Shown one piece after another: positions 28,783-37,976 of a DNA stretch of 64,000 bases. A program made the translations under genes and the position numbers. The stretch's first letter is position 1. Every line of letters begins with the position of its first letter. The notes beneath the pieces were generated by a model that worked only from the letters and a program-made list of their open reading frames with translations, searched no databases and had not been told where the DNA came from. The stretch is from an uncultured Prevotellaceae bacterium. Its GTDB lineage: Bacteria; Bacteroidota; Bacteroidia; Bacteroidales; Bacteroidaceae. The DNA lies in contig ONOG01000010.1 in the NCBI GenBank assembly GCA_900319385.1, positions 17,022-81,021 on the forward strand, read 5' to 3'.

Positions 28783-30052
28783 ATTTTAATCTCGCCAATA
28801 TTTCCATCGTGCGGAGCGAGTCTTTGTATTGATTGTTCGCATTCACACGATCGTGCGACAAAGCAGCATCAGAGTTTCCCTCCCAGCGGCGGCACAAATA
28901 CAATTCTTCATAGATACGACCAATCCTGTAACGACGTGAAAATGCCAGTCCCAGCGCATAGTCCTCACCATAGCTTGTATTAGGAAACCCCTGTTCACGA
29001 AGCAATGGAGTGTAGAATGCACGTGGTGCGCCCAGTCCGTTAATCCTCAATGCATTATTGCGGCCATTCTCATCCGTCCATTCTTTATGGTCGATAAGTC
29101 CTGGAGGTAGCGTCTGTAGCTGAAAATCACACATTCGATATGAACCGATGACCATGGCGCAATGCTCCTGATGAAACTTATCGACAATGCGTTGCAAGCT
29201 GTCCGTGCCGCTATACAAATCGTCACTGTCCAGCTGGACAGCAAAACGTCCACACTGCTCGTGGCGAATCGCCAAGTCCCAGCAACCACCGATACCCAGG
29301 TCATTCTCCTTCGGAATGATATGCACGAGTCGCGAGTCCATACCCTTCAGCCTCTCCAACACCTCCGTCGTACCGTCGGTCGAATGATTATCAACCACGA
29401 TCACATTGAAAGGAAACGACGTCTGCTGGCTCAGCGCCGAACGGACAGCATCCTCAATCGTGCGTACACGGTTGCGAACAGGGATAATGACAGAAGCCTC
29501 GTATTCAAAACCTTCGGAATAGGCGACATCGTGCACAGATTCGGGAGAAATCCAGGCACCGATAGCCCTTAAGTGTTCAGTGCAGATACGTTCACATTCC
29601 CGTTGTACCTCGGCATTGCGAGGGTCAACATAGTCGAACTGCTTCTGTCCACTCTTTCTCAGGTCTGTCTCCTCCACCGTGTAGAGCAATTCGCCCAAGT
29701 GCACAATCGGTTGTGGCACGTCTGTCATCCGAGAGATGAAGAGTCGCAAGTCGTAGAGCGTCGCATGTCGGGTCAGCTGCTCCATGCTCAAATCGGGATG
29801 CAGGGCGAGATACTGCGACAGGGCCGTATCGCTCACCATCAGCAAAGCACCCATGTCGAAATCGTCGCGCACCGACCCCAGCTGATAGTCAAGACAACGA
29901 TACACCTCGCGCTCACCAGCCTTCATCGCATAGTAGTCGCAATAGACAAGGTGAGCACCCGTCTGGCGTCCCACCTGCACCATGCGTTCGCAACAGCGAT
30001 AGCCAAGCTTCACCCCTGGCTTAACGTGTAGGAAATGATACGTCGCTTCCAT
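28769..30052 (-). CDS. family 2 glycosyltransferase with about 190-aa N-terminal extension
   Basis: [23 protein letters not shown]...[10 protein letters not shown] and QLDSDD (DxD) GT2 motifs. The track start at 30079 is TTG and overlaps the upstream gene; ATG 30052 (MEATYHF) is preferred. Confidence 0.8.
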   Translation of the reverse strand: MEATYHFLHVKPGVKLGYRCCERMVQVGRQTGAHLVYCDYYAMKAGEREVYRCLDYQLGSVRDDFDMGALLMVSDTALSQYLALHPDLSMEQLTRHATLYDLRLFISRMTDVPQPIVHLGELLYTVEETDLRKSGQKQFDYVDPRNAEVQRECERICTEHLRAIGAWISPESVHDVAYSEGFEYEASVIIPVRNRVRTIEDAVRSALSQQTSFPFNVIVVDNHSTDGTTEVLERLKGMDSRLVHIIPKENDLGIGGCWDLAIRHEQCGRFAVQLDSDDLYSGTDSLQRIVDKFHQEHCAMVIGSYRMCDFQLQTLPPGLIDHKEWTDENGRNNALRINGLGAPRAFYTPLLREQGFPNTSYGEDYALGLAFSRRYRIGRIYEELYLCRRWEGNSDAALSHDRVNANNQYKDSLRTMEILARLKYGRL

Positions 30053-30062
30053 GATCAGGAGG

Positions 30063-30554
30063 TCAGAAATAGTAGCCAAGGCCCACCTTCACGCCCACCT
30101 TGCTCTTATGGCCGAAGTCGGTCAAGCTCATGTCGTAGTAGGCAGCAGGCTCAATCGTGATATGACCACCAAGGAAGAAGCAGTAGCCCACCTCGGGCGT
30201 GAGCTGCAAGTCGTTGAAGTTGCTGAAGTTGTGCAAGTAGCGCAGGCCACAACCCAGGTAGAGACCGTTCTGCTCGATGTAGTAGCGGCCCTTGGCACCC
30301 AGATAGAGCGTCTGCAGGTCACCCTTTCGAAGGTCGAAGCCCGCCTCACCCAGCAGCATCCAGTCCTGACGGAACATGTAACCCGCCGTAATGTCGGCAC
30401 CCAATTGGAACTCGTCGTAGTCGCTGTACGACAAACCGGCACTTGTGAGCGATGCGCCCAAATACTTCTTGCCCTTTTCAAACTGGGCAAAGGCACTGGC
30501 CGACGTCAGCATCAGCAATAGCAGTGCCATACATGTTTTCTTCATAAGCATCAT
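30063..30554 (-). CDS. small outer-membrane beta-barrel protein
   Basis: Signal peptide ending AFAQ, alternating hydrophobic strands, C-terminal GLGYYF. Confidence 0.6.
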   Translation of the reverse strand: MMLMKKTCMALLLLMLTSASAFAQFEKGKKYLGASLTSAGLSYSDYDEFQLGADITAGYMFRQDWMLLGEAGFDLRKGDLQTLYLGAKGRYYIEQNGLYLGCGLRYLHNFSNFNDLQLTPEVGYCFFLGGHITIEPAAYYDMSLTDFGHKSKVGVKVGLGYYF

Positions 30555-30608
30555 TTATAATTACAGATTTAATATTTAGATATAACTAATATCTCGCATT
30601 TCGTAGCG

Positions 30609-30616
30609 CAAAATTA
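30609..30616 (-). promoter_or_regulatory. candidate -7 box (TAATTTTG) for the envelope operon
   Basis: TAnnTTTG on the minus strand, 55 bp upstream of the ATG at 30554. Confidence 0.4.
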
Positions 30617-30654
30617 CAGAAAAAGCCCGACGTCTGCAAATCTTTGGCTCATTT

Positions 30655-30825
30655 TGTGTGCACCGCCAAGAAATTCAGTGCGCACTGCGAGCCATACTGG
30701 CTGTGCACACCCAAAGTTATTCAGTGTGCACTGCTATGAAATCCGCTGTGCACTTCCAAGAAAATCAGAGCGCCGAGCGATGAAAAAAACACCGCAGTGC
30801 CAAGGAAATGACACTGCAGTGTGAT
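30655..30825. repeat. phased array (about 22-23 bp spacing) of GTGCAC-centred palindromes
   Basis: GTGCAC 30658, perfect 12-bp palindrome CAGTGCGCACTG 30676-30687, GTGCAC 30703, CAGTGTGCACTG 30722-30733, GTGCAC 30748, then degenerate units ending in CACTGCAGTG 30812-30821. Confidence 0.6.
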
Positions 30826-30885
30826 TTGATATGCAACGCCCGTCGTCGCAGGTTAAAATGGACGTGAACGGAAGATGTGCGTGGT

Positions 30886-31083
30886 TCAGAGGTCGTGACG
30901 ATCCTCCATCTCCTCGCGTTTACGCAACACCCAGTAGAGGGTGAGGATGATGACGACGTAGATGATAAGGTTAGGCAGATTGACGGTCCACGCTCCCCAC
31001 TCTACTCCATAATAGACATAGAAGGCAGTGCCGACGAGCAGCAGTGTCCAGGGCAGCCAGGCGGATTTACGGATGCGTTTCAT
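30886..31083 (-). CDS. 65-aa two-TM membrane protein downstream of cstA
   Basis: Two hydrophobic helices (WTLLLVGTAFYVYYGV, LIIYVVIILTLYWVL). Overlaps the cstA stop by 17 bp. Confidence 0.5.
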   Translation of the reverse strand: MKRIRKSAWLPWTLLLVGTAFYVYYGVEWGAWTVNLPNLIIYVVIILTLYWVLRKREEMEDRHDL

Positions 31084-32548
31084 TCTTACGACGATTTTTG
31101 AAGAACGTGAACAGAAAGACTGTAAGGCACAGCAGGGTGACGAGGGCTGCGATGCCGTAACCTACCGCGAGGGGAAGGTGAAAGCCTTCGGGGACTATGC
31201 AGATGTAGCTGATGCACACCATAGTCATGAAGATGGCGGGCAGGAGAGTGATGATGAACAGTTTGCGGCGACGTGCCAGCCAAACAGTGATGGTCCAGAG
31301 GGTGACCATGCCGAGGCTTTGGTTGACCCACCCGAAATAGCGCCACAGGATGTCGAAGTTGACAAACATGAGGAAGAAGGAGACGAGGAAGAGGGGGGTT
31401 GACATGAGAATGCGCTGCCAGACGCGGCGCTGGGGCACTCGGAGGAAGTCGGCGGCAATGAGCCGTGCCGAACGGAAGGCGGTGTCACCAGTGGTGATGG
31501 GTGCTGCCACGACGCCGAGGATGGCGAGTACGGCTCCGACGGTACCCAGCCATGAGTGACATATCTGATTGACGATGATAGCTGGATTCATCTTTCCTGT
31601 CTCGGGATTCGTCATCGCCGTGAGTAGTTTTTCGTAGGGAGTAGCACCTTCGACAGCAAGACTGTCGGCGAACTTGATGGCTGCGGCCGCCCAGATGAGA
31701 GCGACGAGTCCCTCGGTGATCATGGCTCCATAGAAGATGGGGCGCCCCAGCCGCTCGTTCTTCATACAGCGTGCCATCATGGGGCTTTGAGTGGCATGGA
31801 ATCCACTGATGGCTCCACAGGCGATGGTGATGAAGAGTATGGGGAAGAGGGGCAGTTTGGCTGCTTGAGGATGATGGTTGGCAAAGGCTTCGGTGATTTC
31901 GGGCAGTTGTCCTTGCTGTGCAAAGATTCCGTAAAGCACGCCCACAGCCATGATGAGGAGGGCAATGCCGAAGACGGGGTAGATGCGCCCAATGATTTTG
32001 TCGATGGGCAGGAGTGTGGCGAGGAGATAATAGAGGAAGATGACGATGCTCCAAACGAGAAAGCTGCCCCACTGTCCCCACGACGTGGTCATTGTGGCAA
32101 GCAGGGTGGCAGGCGTAGTGACGAAGACGGCGCCGACCAGAATCATCAGGACGAGCGAGAAGATAAGAATGAATACTTTTGCTGTTCGTCCGAGCTGCTG
32201 TCCTACCAGTTCGGGTAGGCTGGCGCCACTGCTACGCAGGGAGAGCATACCACTCAGGTAGTCGTGAGTGGCTCCTGCGAAGATGCAGCCAAGCACGATC
32301 CAGAGATAAGCTGCCGGGCCGAACAGGATGCCCTGGATAGCTCCGAAGATAGGGCCTGTGCCTGCGATGTTGAGAAACTGGATGAGGAAAACTTTCCATG
32401 TGGGCATGGGAATGTAATCGACACCGTCCTGCATGGTGTAGCAGGGTGTCTTGCGGCGTGCGTCGGCTCCGAACACTCGTTCAACGAATGTGCCGTAGAG
32501 CAGGAATCCGAGCAGCAGCAGGAGGATGGATGTGAGAAAGGTAATCAT
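31067..32548 (-). CDS. cstA: carbon starvation protein A family transporter (peptide/pyruvate uptake family)
   Basis: 493 aa. N-terminus [27 protein letters not shown] and conserved [17 protein letters not shown] are typical of CstA. Confidence 0.9.
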   Translation of the reverse strand: MITFLTSILLLLLGFLLYGTFVERVFGADARRKTPCYTMQDGVDYIPMPTWKVFLIQFLNIAGTGPIFGAIQGILFGPAAYLWIVLGCIFAGATHDYLSGMLSLRSSGASLPELVGQQLGRTAKVFILIFSLVLMILVGAVFVTTPATLLATMTTSWGQWGSFLVWSIVIFLYYLLATLLPIDKIIGRIYPVFGIALLIMAVGVLYGIFAQQGQLPEITEAFANHHPQAAKLPLFPILFITIACGAISGFHATQSPMMARCMKNERLGRPIFYGAMITEGLVALIWAAAAIKFADSLAVEGATPYEKLLTAMTNPETGKMNPAIIVNQICHSWLGTVGAVLAILGVVAAPITTGDTAFRSARLIAADFLRVPQRRVWQRILMSTPLFLVSFFLMFVNFDILWRYFGWVNQSLGMVTLWTITVWLARRRKLFIITLLPAIFMTMVCISYICIVPEGFHLPLAVGYGIAALVTLLCLTVFLFTFFKNRRKNETHP

Positions 32549-32967
32549 AGTGAAGTAACTATTTTTCCGTGTGACACATGAATTCCGGTGCGAATGATGC
32601 GGGCGGGATTGCCGGCAACGATGGTATTGCTGGGAACGTCTTTGGTTACGACGCTGCCACCGCCGACGATGACTTCGTCACCGATCGTGACACCTGGCAT
32701 GATGATGGCATTGATGCCGATGACGCAATCGTGGCCGATGTGGGTGTCGGCGCGTAGCTGACGGCAATGATCGTGTGCAAGTATGTAGGCCCCTGCAAGC
32801 ACCCATGTGTGGGCTCCGATGTGGATGCCTCGAGGATTGGTGCTCTTATCCAAATGGGCTTTATACGAGAGACGAACGCCCTGAGAAAGGTCCATATGGT
32901 AAATTCGCCGCAAAAGTGCGGGATACCAATACGTTAGTTTTACCCAAATCTTTGTTCTGAGATTCAT
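32545..32967 (-). CDS. hexapeptide-repeat (LbH) O-acyltransferase, WcaF/maltose-acetyltransferase-like
   Basis: [49 protein letters not shown]. Its stop overlaps the cstA start (ATGA). Confidence 0.8.
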   Translation of the reverse strand: MNLRTKIWVKLTYWYPALLRRIYHMDLSQGVRLSYKAHLDKSTNPRGIHIGAHTWVLAGAYILAHDHCRQLRADTHIGHDCVIGINAIIMPGVTIGDEVIVGGGSVVTKDVPSNTIVAGNPARIIRTGIHVSHGKIVTSL

Positions 32968-33059
32968 ATTAAATGTTTACTATTATTGAGCGTGATGCGT
33001 GAAGTGAAGACTGATGAAATCGATTCACAACAGCATAGCGTTCGCTTTACGCTTTACAT

Positions 33060-33680
33060 TCAAAAGCAATATGCAAAGTTGACATGTAGTCGAATCTTTT
33101 CGTAGCGCTGCTGCAACGGGATTGACATTTGCGGACAGACCGACAAGGTGCCATGGGCAAGTGATTGGATGCGTAATCGTACGCCGGCGCGAATACGGTC
33201 TTCAGGCTGTCTGAATTCTGGTATATTAGAGAATGCCAGGTATAGTGCTGCTACTTTGAACACACCTACATAGGTTTCGAACGAGCAGCAAGTCTTGTAG
33301 TTAAGGCCTGTGTCGTAGTGAGGATTCAGTGTGGCATGGAGTGAGTAGTTGTCGGCGCTGTCAAAATGGTAGGATGTCGAGACGAATGCTCCATAGTCCT
33401 GATACATGCCATTGTGTGTACTGCCCCAGTAGGCAAGACATTGCAGGCGTAGATGATTGTTCACAAATTGGTGCCTGTAGCCGGCGTAGAGTCTGAAATG
33501 CTGTAGAGAGATTTTCTCAGAGTAGATGCTGTGCTCCAACATCAAGGGCATATGTTTGAAAAAAACATGCTGAAACTGCAAAAACCTGCTGTCTCGCATG
33601 GCTATCCGATTGGTCTGAGCCATTAGGATATTTACGGAACTCACTGAGAGAAATATAAGGATGCAGATGACCTGTCGCAT
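33060..33680 (-). CDS. hypothetical secreted protein, possible small outer-membrane beta-barrel
   Basis: Signal peptide MRQVICILIFLSVSSVNILMAQ from ATG 33680 (the track start 33689 is TTG). Alternating aromatic/hydrophobic pattern, C-terminal F. AT-rich gene; no family recognised. Confidence 0.45.
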   Translation of the reverse strand: MRQVICILIFLSVSSVNILMAQTNRIAMRDSRFLQFQHVFFKHMPLMLEHSIYSEKISLQHFRLYAGYRHQFVNNHLRLQCLAYWGSTHNGMYQDYGAFVSTSYHFDSADNYSLHATLNPHYDTGLNYKTCCSFETYVGVFKVAALYLAFSNIPEFRQPEDRIRAGVRLRIQSLAHGTLSVCPQMSIPLQQRYEKIRLHVNFAYCF

Positions 33681-33685
33681 TGATG

Positions 33686-34273
33686 TCAATAGTTTCGAAT
33701 AATTTGGTTTGTGAGGATTTCGTAGCAGGCATCGTTGGGATGCAAACCATCTAAAGTATAGGAGGGGTTGAGCTGTTCATCAATCAAGAGCATGGAATAG
33801 ACGTCGAGGTACGTCCAACCATGTTTCGCAGCACATCGCTTCATCCGTTGGTTGAAGTCTTTGATGATATTATTTTTGATGTGAGCCATGTCGTTGCGTT
33901 CTGTATTGGTCGGAAGGACAGAGAAGAGATAGATTTTTGCAGCGCCCAAGTTTTCAATGGCCCGTTCATAGCGTTCTGAATACATATCAAGAAAGAGAGG
34001 AATTTCCTCGGGCGTTTCAGATGGCCCCAAATCATTGGTTCCAGTGAGAACCACCACTCTCTGTCCATGAAATTTCCCAGCAAAATCCTCAAGATAGTGG
34101 AGACCACTATTCGACTTTCCATAGTTATCTGTGATGAAAGTGGGAAAAAAACGTCTTACATCCCAGCGCTCCACATTGGAATCACCAATAAAGGCCAGGC
34201 GATAATCATCCTCACGCTTCTCACACGAGGTAAAAATCAATGTACAAAGTATAATGAATAAACTTCTCAACAT
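33686..34273 (-). CDS. SGNH/GDSL-family hydrolase lipoprotein
   Basis: Lipobox IFTSC, block I FIGDSN, block III GTND, C-terminal DGLHPN (DxxH). Confidence 0.8.
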   Translation of the reverse strand: MLRSLFIILCTLIFTSCEKREDDYRLAFIGDSNVERWDVRRFFPTFITDNYGKSNSGLHYLEDFAGKFHGQRVVVLTGTNDLGPSETPEEIPLFLDMYSERYERAIENLGAAKIYLFSVLPTNTERNDMAHIKNNIIKDFNQRMKRCAAKHGWTYLDVYSMLLIDEQLNPSYTLDGLHPNDACYEILTNQIIRNY

Positions 34274-34275
34274 TA

Positions 34276-34884
34276 TCAGTTCGTACCGTCAAACATTGGC
34301 ATGGTGGCCTCGCCTGCATGCGAAATACCCTCGCGGATAAATACTTTCTTGATAGTCAGCCAAAAGATTTTGAAATCCAGGCCAAAAGAGAGATGATCTA
34401 CATACCATACATCATACTCAAATTTCTTCGTAAACGTGATGGCATTCCGACCATGCACCTGAGCCCAACCCGTGATACCGGGACGTACCTCATGGCGCCG
34501 CATCTGCTTAGGTGTGTAGAGCGGAAGATAGCGTACAAGCAAGGGGCGAGGCCCAATAAGCGCCATGTCACCCTTCAGAACGTTGATTAGCTGTGGCAGT
34601 TCGTCAATGGACAGCGAACGAACCAAACGACCCACACGGGTCAGCCGGTCCTTATCTGGGAGCAGCTCACCATCAGCCCCACGGCGGTCGTTCATAGTCT
34701 TGAACTTAATGACTCGGAAGATTTTTCCATCCTTACCAGGGCGATCCTGACAGAAGAAAGCGCCATCGCCACCGTTGGCAATATAAAGTACCAAAGCCAC
34801 CAACAAGATAAACCAGCCAATCAACAGGAGGGCAACAGCCACCAAACAGAAGTCTATGATACGTTTTAGGTAATGTCTATACAT
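34276..34884 (-). CDS. small initiating phosphoglycosyl transferase (bacterial sugar transferase, PglC/WcfS-like)
   Basis: 202 aa with one N-terminal re-entrant helix and IDELPQLINVLKGDMALIGPRP. Confidence 0.9.
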   Translation of the reverse strand: MYRHYLKRIIDFCLVAVALLLIGWFILLVALVLYIANGGDGAFFCQDRPGKDGKIFRVIKFKTMNDRRGADGELLPDKDRLTRVGRLVRSLSIDELPQLINVLKGDMALIGPRPLLVRYLPLYTPKQMRRHEVRPGITGWAQVHGRNAITFTKKFEYDVWYVDHLSFGLDFKIFWLTIKKVFIREGISHAGEATMPMFDGTN

Positions 34885-34890
34885 AAGCCG

Positions 34891-35952
34891 TCAAATTTCA
34901 ACCAGTTCGGGCACCACCACATCCTTTAACTCCAGCCACATCGTGCCCCAACTCAGTCCTAGACCGAACGAAGAACAGAGCAAACGCACCGTCTCGCCTG
35001 AGGTGAGACGCTCACGAATGCGAGTCACCATCAGCGTCGGGATGCTGGCACCGCCAAGGTTACCAAATTCTTCCAAATTATAAGGTACACGCCCTGCCGG
35101 CAGTTTCAGTTTCTTTACCACCCGATCAACAATCAGCTTGTTAGCTTGGTGAATCAGGAAATAATCTACATCCCTATCCTTGTCAATGCCTTCACGCTCC
35201 ATAAACCGAGCCACACTGCGGGGGGGCTTAGAGATAGCAAACGAAAACACCGACATGCCGTCAATCAGCGTGTGCATCGGTGCACGCACAATGCCATGGC
35301 CAAAGTCCTCCTCTACCAGCGACTCAGCAGAGAAAGGATGACGAAAACCGCCATGCGGCGTCATCAATGCCTGTGAGCCACTGCCGTCCGTGTTGAATTC
35401 AATCACCATCGGCCGAACCTGGGAATCATATTCCAAGGCGATGGCAGTACCACCGTCACCGAACAGGGGCACACGGCTTTTGTCCTTCATCGAACCCATT
35501 CGTAGGGCAGTGTCACCCACCAGCAGTAATGCACGCCGCACCTGTCCACTCTGTAGCAAGTTGCCAGCCACAGTCATCGCATACATACATCCACAGCAGC
35601 CCATCGGCAGGTCCAAGCAGAAACAGGTTTCGCTCAGTCCCATACGCTCCTGCAGCAAACAGGCAGTCGGAGGAGTTCGATAGTCACCCGTCACCGATTC
35701 GAAGACAAGTACGTCAACACTCTCCTTCGCCCATTCCAGTTCGTCCAACAGACGTTCAGCAGCAGCCTGACACAAGTCGGACGCACAAACATCCAGCGGA
35801 GCAATGCGCCGCTGGCGTATGCCCACAGTATTGTTGAAAACCTCAGCTTCTTCTGCCGTGAAGAAGGGCAGGTCTTCCGTCTTTACAATCTGTTTCGGAA
35901 CGCAAGCCGACACACCGGCCATCCTTACGTTCTCAATCTTCCATTGCGCCAT
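34891..35952 (-). CDS. 3-oxoacyl-ACP synthase III (FabH-like) family enzyme
   Basis: Thiolase fold, 353 aa. Cys context LDLPMGCCGCMYAM, HQAN and GNLGGASI (His/Asn catalytic contexts). Confidence 0.8.
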   Translation of the reverse strand: MAQWKIENVRMAGVSACVPKQIVKTEDLPFFTAEEAEVFNNTVGIRQRRIAPLDVCASDLCQAAAERLLDELEWAKESVDVLVFESVTGDYRTPPTACLLQERMGLSETCFCLDLPMGCCGCMYAMTVAGNLLQSGQVRRALLLVGDTALRMGSMKDKSRVPLFGDGGTAIALEYDSQVRPMVIEFNTDGSGSQALMTPHGGFRHPFSAESLVEEDFGHGIVRAPMHTLIDGMSVFSFAISKPPRSVARFMEREGIDKDRDVDYFLIHQANKLIVDRVVKKLKLPAGRVPYNLEEFGNLGGASIPTLMVTRIRERLTSGETVRLLCSSFGLGLSWGTMWLELKDVVVPELVEI

Positions 35953-35969
35953 TGCTCAACACACATCGG

Positions 35970-36209
35970 TCAACACTCGACATCATACTTGTGCAAAATC
36001 TCACGTGCAGCCTCGTACGATGTGCAGGCAACAATGTCCTCAGGGTCAAGCATCAGGTCAAACCGATCCTCAATGAGGCTAATGATGTTCAGCTGGTGAA
36101 CCGAGTCCCAGCCGTCAACAGTATCCTTTGTAAAATCCTTGCCCAAATGATCTGCCACATCGCCAAACACTTCGGTGAAGATGGCATTCAGTTGTTCTGT
36201 ATTGTTCAT
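35970..36209 (-). CDS. acyl carrier protein (carrier 1)
   Basis: 79 aa, acidic, GWDSVHQLNIISLIEDRF phosphopantetheinyl-serine context. Confidence 0.75.
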   Translation of the reverse strand: MNNTEQLNAIFTEVFGDVADHLGKDFTKDTVDGWDSVHQLNIISLIEDRFDLMLDPEDIVACTSYEAAREILHKYDVEC

Positions 36210-36428
36210 TCCGTTTTAGCTTTTTCCATTACTTTAAATAGTAACGGAAGGCTCTGGCTTTTATTATTAAAAAAACTAAAAAAAACGGAAGGAAAGCGAA
36301 AAATCGCGAATTCTCCCCTTCTGGAATCAAAGAATTCTTGAATGAATGTTCGATTACCATCAGACGTTTTCTCGTCATGGCAAAGTTTAAAGAAGTTTGA
36401 CTTTGCTCATTTGGCTGGACGAAAACGC

Positions 36429-37787
36429 TCAGTATTGTGGCAGTTGCTGATAGAGTTTCTTGCCGGCTTCGTTCTTGGGTATGCGGTCGATCACGCGTAG
36501 CTGGAAGCTGGTGGCGGGCAGACGTGTAGCTGCAATGAGTGCCTCGCTGACTTCGGCGGAGCGGGTGGCATCGGTGATATAGACAATAAGTTGCTGGTCG
36601 GTTCCGACACAGGCACATTCGTTGCCGACGATGCCTTGAACGATTTGTTCGCATTCGTCGAGTCCTATGCGTTGTCCGTATAGCTTGAGGAAACGACTGA
36701 GCCGACCGACGATATAGTAGCAGCCGTCGTCGTCGCGATAGGCAAGGTCGCCGGTGTGTATGAATCCGTGACGCTCGTCGCCCATGGCTAAATCGGCACG
36801 GGTGTATGCATAGCCGAGGGTGACGTTACGTCCTCGGTAGCACATTTCGCCCTGGACATGGCTGTGGGTGATGGTGTTGCCTTGGGTGTCGATGAGCGAG
36901 AGTTCGCCGTTGGGAACGGCGATTCCGATGCTGCCCACCTTGTCACAGGCCCATTCGGGAGGTAGCCATGCCATGCGGGCGGTGCATTCCGACTGGCCGT
37001 AAGTGGCTATCCAGCGTCGTCCGGTGTCGCGGCAGTATTCTGCAAAACGTCGGTTGAGGTCGGTGGGCATCTTTCCTCCTCCCTGCGTGAGCAGTCGCAG
37101 GTGGGGAAGGTCCATACGGAAGAATCGCATGAGGTTGAGAATGTGGTAGCTGTAGGGTACGCCGGTGAAACTGGTAGCCTGTTCTTCCTTCATGAATTGC
37201 CAGAAGCGGGCGGATGTCATGCTCTGCCCAGTGAGTAGGATGGTGGCTCCAACACTTAGGTGGCTGAAGAGGACGGAGAGTCCCATGGTGTAGTAGAGTG
37301 GCAGGACGAGGAGGGGTCGGTCTTGGTCGGTGAGTTGGAAGAAGGTGGATATGTTGAGGGCGGATGCTTCGATGTTGTCGTAACTGTGGCGGATGAGTTT
37401 GGGACTGCCTGTGCTGCCGGAGGTGGGCAACAGGTGGGAGAGTTGGGGGTAGAGAGCTTCGCCTGCGACTTCGGATGCGAGGGTGAACGATTCTTTTTCC
37501 TTCCAGACGAATACGGGCTGATAGGTATCGTTAAGATGTTCAAGGAGTGTGGGCTCGGTGTGTAGGTTGAGGATGAGGGGAACGAGCCGTTCGGAGGCAA
37601 GGGCGGCCATGATGGTCAGGGCGCATTGGGCTGTGTTTTCGACAAGGAGAAAACAAAGGGTGCGCTCCGTGTATTGTTTCCGAAAGGTTTCGGCCTGTCT
37701 GACAATCTGTCCATAGGTGATCGTATTGCCTTCGGAATCGATGACGGCTGGGTGGTCGGAGGGTATGTGATCTAAGTTGAGGAGCAT
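36429..37787 (-). CDS. adenylate-forming enzyme (acyl/aryl-carrier protein ligase, DltA-like size)
   Basis: LLPTSGSTGSPKLIRHSY (A3), HTGDLAYRDDDGCYYIVGRLSRFLKLYGQRIGLDE (A7/A8). ATG 37787 (MLLNLDH) is preferred; the upstream 19 codons of the track ORF are word-repeat sequence. Confidence 0.85.
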   Translation of the reverse strand: MLLNLDHIPSDHPAVIDSEGNTITYGQIVRQAETFRKQYTERTLCFLLVENTAQCALTIMAALASERLVPLILNLHTEPTLLEHLNDTYQPVFVWKEKESFTLASEVAGEALYPQLSHLLPTSGSTGSPKLIRHSYDNIEASALNISTFFQLTDQDRPLLVLPLYYTMGLSVLFSHLSVGATILLTGQSMTSARFWQFMKEEQATSFTGVPYSYHILNLMRFFRMDLPHLRLLTQGGGKMPTDLNRRFAEYCRDTGRRWIATYGQSECTARMAWLPPEWACDKVGSIGIAVPNGELSLIDTQGNTITHSHVQGEMCYRGRNVTLGYAYTRADLAMGDERHGFIHTGDLAYRDDDGCYYIVGRLSRFLKLYGQRIGLDECEQIVQGIVGNECACVGTDQQLIVYITDATRSAEVSEALIAATRLPATSFQLRVIDRIPKNEAGKKLYQQLPQY

Positions 37788-37905
37788 GGGAAAAAGTGAA
37801 AAGTGAAAATATTCTTTTGGACACACTTCATGTGGAAATTTCACAAATTTGGTCCCAATTAAGCAAATTTAATTTGTAAAATTTTTGAAAACAATTTGAA
37901 TAATT

Positions 37906-37927
37906 TCCCGACGATGTCGGCTTACAT
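37906..37927 (+). repeat. 22-mer TCCCGACGATGTCGGCTTACAT (copy 2 of 2)
   Basis: 20/22 identical to 18969-18990, same orientation, again flanked by word repeats. Confidence 0.8.
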
Positions 37928-37976
37928 TAAAAGTGAAAAACTTCAAACTTCAAATTTTAAATTTCAAAATTGAAAG
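37928..37976. repeat. low-complexity word repeats (AAAAGTG, CTTCAAA x2, AATTT/CAAAAT words)
   Basis: taaaagtgaaaaacttcaaacttcaaattttaaatttcaaaattgaaag. A related gaaaaagtgaaaagtgaaaat lies at 37790-37810. Confidence 0.75.

Noticed and set aside
36229-36654. 141-aa ORF spanning the 219-bp gap between the ligase and carrier-1 genes
   Set aside because: Most of it is out-of-frame overlap with the ligase 3' end. The unique part is A/T homopolymer-rich (aaaaaaactaaaaaaaacgg) and gives an implausible peptide. The gap is more likely a spacer or internal promoter region.
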